From Hemiscyllium ocellatum (taxonomy: Eukaryota), in assembly GCF_020745735.1 (NCBI RefSeq), contig NC_083408.1, forward strand, positions 21,419,518 to 21,483,517: a DNA stretch of 64,000 nt, read 5' to 3'. Positions within the stretch are counted from its first letter, which is position 1, and the number at the start of each line of letters is the position of its first letter. A model generated the notes under the pieces. That model was not told the origin of the DNA. It saw nothing but the letters and a program-made list of their open reading frames with translations, and ran no database searches. The translations under genes and the position numbers were made by a program. Shown piece by piece: positions 51,681 through 62,199 of this stretch.

Positions 51681-53679
51681 CGATATGGAAAATAAAATAA
51701 AGTCATGATTTCATTATGATGGTTCATTGTTTTTTCTTAAGGGGGAGGTGTTATAAAGTTGAGTGCGTGTACTATCCATTTAAAAAAGAATAATAGCTAT
51801 TTTGCACTGAGAGCTTGCAGGCACCTGTCATGCGACTGATTAATAGTCGCACAGTACTGAAAAAGCGAAAATATGAATCATTTCACTGTGAAAAGAAATA
51901 GCTGAGTTGTGGTTGCTATGTTGACTTTCAATCGAATTTACCCAATCAGTTTAAATTTTGCCCCAGGAAACTAAAACCCATTTGAATTTGAATTTCATGT
52001 TTGCAGAGGTCGACTAACTACCAATGTCAGAGGAACTGCCAGCACAACACTGTCTATAAAAGTTGCCATTTTATTATAAAACATCTTTGAAACAAAAGGT
52101 CTAAGACCTTATCGGGTGATTTGCAGCTGAAAGAAGAAAAACACGGCCAACAACAGCTGCTGGGTTGCTTCAAAAATAAATTGACATAATTTTAATCGTT
52201 GTTTTTTGGCGGCAGGATGTTGTTATAGAGCTGGATATAGAAAAGGAACCTTTAAGAGAAAGGCACTTAGAGTTGTAAACAGTTGCTATTTAACGTTCAC
52301 TTTTAGGGTTAAATAATAATTGATCTTTTTTCTTGAAATTGTGGAATTTGGAGAGTTCTCTGTCACTCATAATTTAACATGTTATGAGGCAAGGTTAGCT
52401 TTTCTGGCTGTTTAATTTAATCAGAAGACGGGTTCACCACCATGTCGTTACAGTTGTGTCTTGCGCATTCGACAATAAAGTAGCTGAAGTGCAATTTGTC
52501 ACTTTTCCAGTTTTCAAAACTAACTTAACTTATTGTCTTTAAGACAATACGAGGTTTGAGGTGAGATTTGCAGCAACAAGAATGCTTTCAATGTTTCAGA
52601 ACTTCACAGATTAGTGGGAACGTCAGAGACAATGCTCCTGCCACTTCAAGAAGATAAAGGTATATTGTTCGGATGGGCAATTCCACCATCATTCTAATCT
52701 GTGCCAGGAACTGTCAGAATTTTTTTTACGATTCAGGAGGCTGGATATCGGTTTTTCTGGTGTGCTTCTTTTTCACTCTCTGGAGCAGCTGTGACTGGGT
52801 GGATCAGTTTTGAATTTGAAAATTTCACATAAGTAGCTTGTGGGACTGCTTATGTTCACTATCAATTTCAAGTACCAGCTTTCAACCATGCGTCTCATTG
52901 TCTATGGAAGTAATTTCTGTTCCAACTAAATCTGCCCTTCGTTCGAGAAACTTGCATCTCGTGATGTTGCATTGGTTTGATGAAATGGCGCAAGTAGGAG
53001 ATATAATCCTAGCTGTAAAATTGCTGCCAGCATTCAAGGTCGTTTTGTGTTTAGGATTCAGTTTTGTCACAGTCAGAGTCTGATTCAATTCTCAGTCAAT
53101 GGAGATAAGTTAATGTGACTTTGTTAATGATTATTGTTTATTAATGGTTGCGTCTATTGGAATAAAAATCAAATACAGCGTTTCTTTTTGAAGGAGTATT
53201 ATTACAAGGACTGGAGTCAGGAGTCACATACAGTGAGCGGAGGGATCCAACAATGTCAGATTCAACACGCAATGCTTTAACTCTGAGGTGAGAATCTTGC
53301 TAGTGAGCGATGAGAGACGGATGCAGTTAAATCTCATGATTAAGCGTTCTCATCTGATTTGTTTGTAACTTGATATTCCCCAGCATGGCAGAGAGAATTT
53401 TTATGGATTTGGTTTCCAACATTAAAGTCTGAATAGCTACTTAGCCACCCTTGCTTTCATGTTTGCAACTCCATCTTCGCAGCGTTTCCCAATCTTTCAC
53501 AACATGCTCCCATGGGCACGGAATTCATCTGGGTTTCATTTTCTGAGTTTGATATTCGAAATGCACCAACCTCACCACCAGCTCATCGTACATTTCTGGT
53601 TCACTTAGAAAACAGCTCATGACTTCATCTTGGAGCGTACCAAAACGTTGGGCAAATATGTTTGCACGGTCACAACTGA

Positions 53680-53950
53680 CAGAGTCGACAGAGCAGGAGA
53701 GAAGCAGGAGCAGAAAAGTCGGCATTTCGCATTTTCAAAACGTTGACTCTCCCGCTCCTCAGATGTTTCCTGAAGGACTGTGCTTTTCTAGCATCACACT
53801 CTTCATCTCTGAGGAGCAGGAAAGTCGTCATTCTTAATGAAGAGCTCATATTCAAAACATCAATAATCCAACTCCTCGGCTGTTCCCTTTCTCCCACCAC
53901 ACTCTTCATCTCTGAGGTCCAGCAACTGTAGTCCTCACTTTTTCTAGAGT
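53680..53950 (+). mobile_element. Tandem decayed PLE terminal repeats
   Basis: AAAACGTTGACTCTCCCGCTCCTCAGATG...GTGCTTTTCTAGCATCACACTCTTCATCTCTGAGG, with CACACTCTTCATCTCTGAGG repeated at about 53900. Confidence 0.6.
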
Positions 53951-54402
53951 CGTCAGAGTTTGCAAGAAGTAAAAAGAAATGAACTTTGGCAGAAAACACC
54001 TAGGTTAAAAGTCTAGAGATGTGACGCAATGTGCAATAGAGAAACGGCATCTGCCACATCTGGAGTGGGCAGAGTAAATGTTGTGTTTCCGTGGTCAAGA
54101 AGATTGTCTCTCCTGGTGAGTGATATAAGATCCTTCTAGTGGTAAATTGCACTAATCAGAACCTTACACAGGTCTGGTTAAAGACATTTGTACTCATAGA
54201 AAACTCCACTCAAAAGGCATACAGTGATCAAATGTGTTTGACACAAATACAGGCCACAAACGATCTTAACCATGCCATTGATGGTGCCACGTTGACACAG
54301 CCACCTCTATGACGCAGAACTCATCACATATGATTTTTAACGAGTCACCTGTAGATGTCCTAGATTTTTCTAAGATAATGTCTGCTTTGAGTAAAAGTTA
54401 AT

Positions 54403-54674
54403 GGGCGGCACGGTGGCACAGTGGTTAGCACTGCTGCCTCACAGCTCCTGAGACCCGGGTTCAATTCCCGACTCAGGCAACTGACTGTGTGGAGTTTGCA
54501 CGTTCTCCCCGTGTCCGGATTCCTCCCACAGTACAAAGATTTGCGGGTCAGGTGAATTGGCCATGCTAAATTGTCCGTAGTGTTAGGTAAGGGGTAAATG
54601 TAAGGTTATGGGTGGGTAGCGCTTGTCGGCCCGTAGGGGGTGTTTCCACACTGCAAGTAATCTAATCTAATCTA
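54403..54674 (+). mobile_element. HE1 SINE with small internal deletions
   Basis: GGGCGGCACGGTGGCACAGTGGTTAGC...GTTTCCACACTGCAAGTAATCTAATCTAATCTA. Confidence 0.95.
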
Positions 54675-55829
54675 GTGTCAAAATTCATTAGCTCATCTAA
54701 GTCAAAATAAAATGTGACCATGTCAAGTACTACTGAAAGTAATTACCAGCGCAATCTGCTGAGTTCTCAAGGTCTTGTTAGTGACTTGAGTATCAAATGC
54801 AGTTCTCTGTGAAAATTCATAGAAGGAGGACTAACTTTCCAAGGGAAGCTTTACATTTTTTCGTCTGACCTATATACAGGTGAACAACGATTATCCAAAC
54901 GAGATGGGATTGAACTATTTCGTTCAGAGAATCGGTTGGTCCATTAATCGATTAAATGCCTTTCTTCTGGAGCTCAGAGTTTTAATGTCTGCTCCCCCAT
55001 TCAGGAGACTGCAACAGCACAAAGCATGTGAGCCGCTTCTCCCATCACCGTCCCCAGACCCTCACCCACCCCCGTCCAACACCACTCCCGCCCCATCCAA
55101 CACCACCCACCAACCAACCCAATCCAAGACTGCCCCTCGACGGCGCCAACCCAGTCAAACACCCCCCCACCTGCCCCCAACCACCCCGTCCATGACCAAC
55201 CCTCACCTCCACACCCTCTCCAGGGCAGCCGGCCTGGAGACTAACAACATGACTGTTGCTGCAGCTGTCTTTGTGGGGTAAGTCGCCAAATAACATATAC
55301 ACTCACTCTCTCTCTTTCTCTCAAACACACAGTCCCAGCCACACACAGAGAGCCACAGCCACACGCTCAGCTTTTTACTGCAACGTTTTGACAGGTTCCA
55401 CGTTTGCCCTGTACAGGACAATGTTGAAGAGATTATCTGGGGAAGGGAGGTTAAGCTACACGCCAATCTAAAGCTCCATGGAAAGGGTGGGGAGCGAGTG
55501 AGGGCAGGAGGTCAGCCATTTTGAGATGGTGCCTACTTAATTACTGGAAACAAAAGACGTAATCACTGTTGGAATCTTTGATGACATGTTTCCACCGGGA
55601 CCTGGAGATCTTGAGATAATCTGAATTTCAGATAATTGGTATTCAGAGAATCTAGGTTTCCTCTATATTCCTTTCACTAGAACGTCTGTCAGCTACAGGA
55701 CGCCAGTACCTCCTTTAATCGCCCTCAACCATTCAATTCGATCAAGATTAATTCTCATGGCAAATGGTTTGAAGCTGGTAACATTGACCTAACATCTCAG
55801 TTTGAAAATGCTCAGTAGGCTGCCAGTTT

Positions 55830-56320
55830 TGTTATGAATCAGACCAGACACACTCAACAAGTTTAAGAAGGTAGCATAGAACCTAACATTTTAAATTTTT
55901 TTGGCACATGAAAAATTCATATTCCAGGAGGGATGCAACAGATAAAACTACTTACGTTTAAATAAAACAAACTTTATTTAAACACTACAGATGAAACAGG
56001 AACTAAAGAAAACAAGACTTAGAATAACTTAAATTATTTGATAAAACAACCTCCTCTGTCACAACTTAACAATGCTATTCCGATTCCTGCAGCATATCAT
56101 AAGCACACAGCTTGGCAAAAGGTAAGTTCAAACACAGGTTTTCTCAGAGTGCATAAATTTCAGACAAAAAGTTCATGACTTCCGTTGAAGCATGGAACAT
56201 GTTTTCACTGCAGATGCTTCACCAAATCCCCAGCATGTACTGACTTCCTGATAAAAACTGACGTAAATTACGAAAAATGAACTGAACTGGGAGAACTGGC
56301 TAATCCGCTTTCATGTTGAT
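55830..56320 (-). mobile_element. Gypsy LTR fragment abutting the IgM Cmu4 exon
   Basis: Begins TGTTATGAATCAGACCAGACACACTCAACAAGTTTAAGAAGG, homologous to the LTR end at 28686 (TGCTATGGATTGGGCCAGAACCCCTCAAAACATTTCCAGAATG). Confidence 0.6.
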
Positions 56321-56348
56321 TCATGTTTTTTTCTCAAATATTCCACAA

Positions 56349-56739
56349 TGATAAATCTGCTGAATCCATCAGCATTTGTCCTCTTGCCATTAACAGAAAA
56401 AGTCTCGCTTCACAGGTTTCTCTCCCTCATCTGTTTACTTAGTGGTTTTTCACCTCGAATGATCTTTGTCAAGTGGACAAATAATGAGGAGAACGTGTAT
56501 CTCAGTAATTGCAGGAATACATATGTAATGTCAGAGAGCGAGAACACCTCCTTCTTCATGTGCAGCCTGTTATCCATTACAGCAGGGAAGTGGGCCAGTT
56601 GTGCTTCTTACTCCTGTGTGGTGGAACATGAAGCGATTCCATTGAAAATCACCAACAGAACAGTTGATAAATCTGGTGATAAACCGAGTTTTGTGTACAT
56701 TTCACTTGCAGTGAAGAAACTGTTAATTCATGTCAATAA
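56349..56739 (+). pseudogene. IGHM: IgM heavy chain Cmu4 exon plus secretory tail, decayed
   Basis: [21 protein letters not shown]...[37 protein letters not shown] closely matches recalled shark Cmu4 (RFLSLTCLVRGFxPREIFVKW...[22 protein letters not shown]). Tail [11 protein letters not shown] then, after a 1 nt loss near 56717, TVNSCQ* (TAA 56737-56739); AATAAA at 56735-56740. Confidence 0.93.
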
Positions 56740-57829
56740 AAATCTCACAGTTCGATTTAATAATTCAACAAAACTAATAACGTTTGTTTTTCCTCCAATT
56801 GCGATTTAAATACACGACTGTTTGATTAATTGCTTCCCAGTATTACTTCTGTTCCATGTGTCCAGTTAAAGTGGGTAATTAATATGTCTAGGATTCGTGT
56901 CTTGTGCAGTTAATACTCTCTACTTGGACACACCTTGCGTCAGAGACAGGGTAAAGTTTATTCATTGTAGGTTTCTGCAAAGTACTGTATCCGTCTTAAC
57001 AATTGAAATGTCCATTTTATGTCAAGTGAAGATCACGAACCTTGAACTTAGTGTTCCTGATTCACCAATTGCCCATTCTTACATAATTCATGTCAGCTTT
57101 AAACTACAACATTGCACCAACAGGGAACATAAACTTAACAGACTCTTAATACTAATTTTGATTAGGACATTCCAACAGCAAAGAATTGCTATGGGCACCA
57201 ATCGCAAAGAGTGCAACCTTTGTTTCTGTGGAACTGCCAGGAATCTTGCACCAGTGCATTGATTGACAGAATGTATTTTTATGTACTCACGAAAGAGAAC
57301 TGAAAGAAAAGTTGTTGCTGTGGAGCAGAAGGAATAAGAGAGGGAACGAGTAACGTTCTGTACTCTTTCTCCCTGTGCAGAGGTTTTACAAAAGAGGCCC
57401 TCGTAATCTAATCCAGTTACAAACAGGAAGAGTCAGCTGCTTGCTTACTGTCCGAAGATTAAAAAATTCCATGCAAAGTTAAATCTTTGACGCATATTGG
57501 GCACCCTTGTCTCGGTTAATCATTTGTTAACATTGACTCACCATAATCCAAAACTGATGTTTACGTCTTCTCAGTTTGTATTCCATAGTTTTGCCTTAGT
57601 TTTCTGAGCGCATGTGATCAAAACTGGTGTTCGAATACCTGATGTTGCTTTGTTCACGTACAGAACACAAGTAGGTTCTTCCTAAGAAACATATTCAGAA
57701 ATGTTCTCATACATCACTTAGCAGTGGGAATTTGAAACTAGGCCTCTTATCTCAGAGACTGGTCTTGTTGTTAGCAATCCATTCAAGTGAGAATAATAGT
57801 AAAAAATATACTCTGATATAAGAGCAGAA

Positions 57830-58450
57830 ACACGTAGATATAGAGGGATACTTACAAGTGCACACAGAAAGACACACACACAGGCTCTCTCCTGAAGATA
57901 CATATTTATGCGCATACATAAATGTGCATACAGATAAACCATCACACACGCATCCACACACAGAGCCATACATGCAAATGATACTTGAACGGTCATCCAA
58001 GCACACTCAAAAACGCACGCAGGAATAAAAGCACATGCACAAAAGGACAGAAATACCTACACATAACCATAAAAAACATAGATCCACATTAACACACAAA
58101 TAGACACGAATACATGTGCATTCATACCATGTAATGCATACAAACACACATGCATAAACAGACTGATATAACATTTGAACAATATCCTCCCGCATGCAGA
58201 TTCATAGGCACATATGAACACAGAGATAAACATTAATATCTTTATTTTCCCATTTTCACAATGACAAGTACATGATTGAAGAGGCAGCTTAATTTTTTCT
58301 TATTAAACCGCAGTGATCAGCACATATATGCGGCCACGCATACACACAATTTCAGACGCACACCCGCAGCTACGTAAATGCATAGATCAACAAATCATGA
58401 GGCATTTATAAAACAACGAGAATGACACAAGCGTCAGCTAACATCCACAC
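57830..58450. repeat. CA/AT-rich low-complexity tract (decayed CA-type simple repeat)
   Basis: Repeated ACACACA, ATACAT and GCACAC motifs; ORFs on the minus strand are V/C/Y-rich compositional artefacts. Confidence 0.7.
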
Positions 58451-59508
58451 CCAATAACACAAACAAGCATATCAGGAGATGTTGTAGGATAGATTACCAG
58501 TCAAACTGACATCATCACATAAATATAAACATCCATCAAAACATGAAGTTGCATACTAACATTTATGGAGCATATATATGAAAATAGCCCAACGTTGGTA
58601 GATTCTGAAATAGACACATAAACACAAATTTCAAATGGCACTAATGTAAAATAAAGATGTTCACACAGACATTAAAAGATAAACACAGCATCAACGAAGT
58701 TGCATAGTAACAAGATGGTGCTTGCACATTGTGAAATTATTACAGTTTATGCACATGAACAAGGGAATGAATAATGCCCCTCAGATGCTGCCTCACCTGA
58801 TCTGTTTTCCGAGCTCCACACCCTCGACACGTGAATGATCACACCAGTATTAAAGGAACATTAATATGTTCAGTCATGCACAAACTCTAACATGGGCAAA
58901 TGCAATGTAAGAGGCTGGAATAAACACATACACAAACATTATAAGGAAACTACGCACACCATCGGTTGATCAAATAAATTAAGGGACAGAAATGCTTATT
59001 CTGAACGTATACATACCCTTCAAACAAAAATACGCAGCAATGTTCTTATTGTGAATGAAATTTGTGTTCATGATTTGCAAGCAATTGGTCACCAATAAAT
59101 TAAGAAGACGAGAATAACATTTCAACTCCTACCTAGTGATAAGCACACTTTTCAATTAAACAGCTCTCACAACCATTATTTCAAATGTAATATCATTAAA
59201 ATAATAGTTCCCAATAAGTATTCATCAAATGATAAACAATGATAATGTTATCCAATAATAGATTAAAAGACAAAGTAATTCAAAATGTTCTGAGACGGAT
59301 AATAAAGAAAGAGCAGGTGCAACTAGTATTAGCAATTTCTTCTGAGAGGCAATACTGTCCTAACGGATACAGAGAGGGAGACATATTTGAAAAACACCTG
59401 ACTGCTTAAAGATGATGTAATGGTCTCTGATTGCATTATTTAGACACAGGCTGATCGGACTCAATTTACAAACAATCTAAATACATTATCTCAGCTTCAT
59501 ATTCATAG

Positions 59509-59593
59509 ATTCAATCAGTGGCATTTGGATTGTAGACTATGTGGATGAAAATAGCAACACCTGGACAACGTCTTCAGCGCTGCAATCACTCTG
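59509..59593 (+). pseudogene. IGHM: IgM TM1 exon with internal frameshifting deletion
   Basis: Acceptor TTCATATTCATAG (AG 59507-59508), phase 1: (D)SISGIWIVDYVDENSNTWTTSS, then in another frame SAAITL(V). This matches the two ends of shark IgM TM (…IWTTASTFIILFFLSIFYxAAVTLVK, from recall) with the middle missing. Confidence 0.82.
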
Positions 59594-59739
59594 GTACATC
59601 TGAAAATAATCAAAAGTTTCATACATCGAGCAGACGAATATGTTTTCTGAAGTCTCTAGGTGTTTATTTTAATAAAACTTAAAACCTGAATACCCCGATC
59701 ATACACGTCTGTGTCATTACTTTATCTCTCTGTTCCAAG

Positions 59740-59747
59740 ATAAATGA
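59740..59747 (+). pseudogene. IGHM: Probable IgM TM2 mini-exon remnant
   Basis: Strong acceptor CTTTATCTCTCTGTTCCAAG about 145 nt after TM1, followed by ATAAATGA (expected GTx AAA TGA = VK*). Confidence 0.5.
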
Positions 59748-60149
59748 ATGAGTTGTGGACCCCATAGATTTCCCTCGTCTTTTTGTCGAGGCCTCTGAAT
59801 TGCATATCTACATTCTGACCAGTTGCTGACACCAACAGGGAGGTCACTCCAGTTATCACTGTGCAAATGAGAACATTAGCGATGGCTTTTCCTGCTTACT
59901 TTGATATCGTTGAAATAATTATGTTTGGGATAATTTGTAGCTTCCTATTTGTTTGAAGCCCATTTGTTTTGTTTTTATTTGTTCCTTATTCAGAAGGTCT
60001 GCCTGTCCTTTATTTTGAGTTATTGATTTCTCTGTCTGATGACTATTACAGATGTACATAAATTTCACAGCTCAGAGTGCATGCGTTCTCATCTCAATGT
60101 GGTATTCAGTCATTATATTCACTTCTGTTTACTTTAACATAAACTTTTC

Positions 60150-60155
60150 AATAAA
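60150..60155 (+). promoter_or_regulatory. Candidate polyadenylation signal for the membrane-form transcript
   Basis: AATAAA about 400 nt after the putative TM2; position only. Confidence 0.3.
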
Positions 60156-60519
60156 AATGCTCTCTGAAATGGTTAACAAGTGTTGAATTACCTTTGAGTT
60201 TGCTTAATTCGTTCTTCAATGCAAATCAGTAATAGTACATTTTCCCAAGTTAACACTCCTCATACATTTCCCAGCCAAATACTTCTCACTTATTCTGTTG
60301 GGTTGTGTTTCAGCTAGCCTTTTCAGTCAATGTTGCACTACCATACGGCCCACTAATGTAAATGCATCCCACGTCAATGTAAAAGTACTCCCAATGTTTA
60401 TAATGCACAAATTCTATGATTGACCATGGCAGGATTCAAACCCACGCCCAGCGAATATTATCTGAGTCTCCGGGTTAACAGAAAATGGTATGCTATCTGA
60501 CCTCGATCTCTTCATTTTG

Positions 60520-62180
60520 AGCAGCTGTTGTGACGTATGCCGCCTCAACCTGTCCACCCCCCTCATCCAAGCCTGACCCATTGTCTCAACCTGCTCCTGC
60601 CCAATCAAACTCAACCTCCATATCTTGACACCATCAAATCCCTTTAGTCCAGGAACTCAAAACCTACTTTCAGGACACCACCTACGCCCTTCATCACGTC
60701 TATAGCGTTCACTTCACCAGTACCTAATGCCTTATCTTTACCACGGACATGCTGTCCCGGTACACATTGATCCTCGATGACAAAGACCTGAAAGCCCTCT
60801 GTTACGTCCTCTCACACTGACTAACCCAGTACCCTTCCACCGACACTCTCATCTGCTTTCCTGAATTGGTCTTCATCCTTAACAACTTCTCCTTCCTCCA
60901 AAATAAAGGGTCCTAGCCATGCCTACCTATTTGTCAGATATGTGGAAAAGTCGATCGTTAACAGTTATACCAGCACAATTCCCAATTTTTCCTCGACTAC
61001 ACCGATGACTGTATTGGCGCTAGCTCAGGCTCCCTGGAGGAGGTTGAACAATTCATCAGCATCAACAGCACCTTCCACATTGAGCACAAATTATCCTTCT
61101 TGGATACCCACCAAACCTTACTGGACTTCTCAAACTCAATTACTAGCAACCGACTGAACAGGAACATCTACTACAAACCCACCAATACTCAGCTCTCTGG
61201 ATTTCATCTCCTCCCACTCTGCCTTATTCCAAATAAAAAAAGCTATGCCTTATTCCCAATTCTTCCATCTCTGCCACATCTGGTCATAAGAGGACCACTT
61301 TCACCACAGAACTCCCCAGATGTCCTCCGTCTTCAAATATCACAATTACGCCTTCTACACGACCAATGATGCTATGCAGCGCATGTCCTCCATTTCCCAT
61401 GCCTCTGCCCTTGATCCCCCACCCCTCCAAAAACAATAAGGACAGACAAGCCCCAGTCCACAACTTCCATGCTACCAAACTCTGGATACATCACATCATC
61501 CTCTGCCACTTCTGCCACCTACAAATAGACCCCACCACTAGGCATATATTTCCCTCGTCACACCTATCATCATTTCCAAATAGATCATTCCCTACGCAAC
61601 ACCTTTGTCAGATCCACGCCACCCCCTAATTGGCCACACGCTCCCAGTATCCCACTGCAAGAGGTGAAAAACTTGCACCCACACTTGCCCCCTCAACTCC
61701 AACCAAGGCCCAAAAAGCTCCTTCTTTGTCAAACAGAAATTTACCTGTACTTCTACACATATCATTTACTGTATGTTTTGCACCTGATGTGGTCTCCTTT
61801 CTATTGGGGAGACAGCATGACAACTTGTAGCTTATTTCAAACAAAATCTCTGGGACCGAAACCAACAAACACCATGTCCCTGTGTCTGATCACTTAAACT
61901 CCCCCTTCCATTTCACCAATTGTATGCAGGCACTGGGCCTCCTGCATCAGCAAATCCAATACCTGAAGGTAGAACGCTTCATTTTTCAACTTAGAACACT
62001 CCTACCACACGTGAGCAATGTGAATTTCACCAGTTTCATCATTTCCCCTGCCCCCACTTTTTTCCAGTCCTTAGCCTCAAACATATCAATGCCCTTTTAA
62101 CTGGTCCTACCTGTCCAGCTTCCTTCCACTAATTCATTCCACACGTCTCTCCGACCTATCACTTTCACAACAAACTTCAT
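60520..62180 (+). mobile_element. Penelope-like element body: RT and GIY-YIG, decayed
   Basis: ELVFILNNFSF, PSHAYLFVRYVEKS, YTDDCIG (60998-61018), YYKPTN; GIY-YIG IIYCMFCT*CGLLSIGET (61761-61814). Confidence 0.88.
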
Positions 62181-62199
62181 CCACCTATCTTGATCGATG

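Larger units (their letters stand above)
49830..52452 (+). mobile_element. Gmr1-type Gypsy relic: gag, protease, PPT and 3' LTR; pol largely deleted, no 5' LTR
   Basis: Coiled-coil GA-rich gag; LPHFKEKDFKTFFI...LWVMVVQTKLIG (about 50150-50275); CCHC knuckle CVHCIAVGHNKLQC (50777-50818) and GFHCWKVGHLKSQC (50842-50883); protease FLRDTGS (DTG 51119-51127); FPDCVATR; PPT AAGGGGGAGG followed by LTR TG (51749) to CA (52452). Confidence 0.88.

Noticed and set aside
53480-54125. LGKYVCTV and WSGQSKCCV...KKIVSP followed by GTGAGT as remnants of Cmu2/Cmu3
   Set aside because: Isolated short motifs with wrong spacing, separated by PLE repeats; not alignable to recalled Cmu sequences.
54880-55302. Pro/Thr-rich and Gly/Trp-rich ORFs
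   Set aside because: Translation of a C-rich low-complexity tract, probably part of an unidentified repeat.
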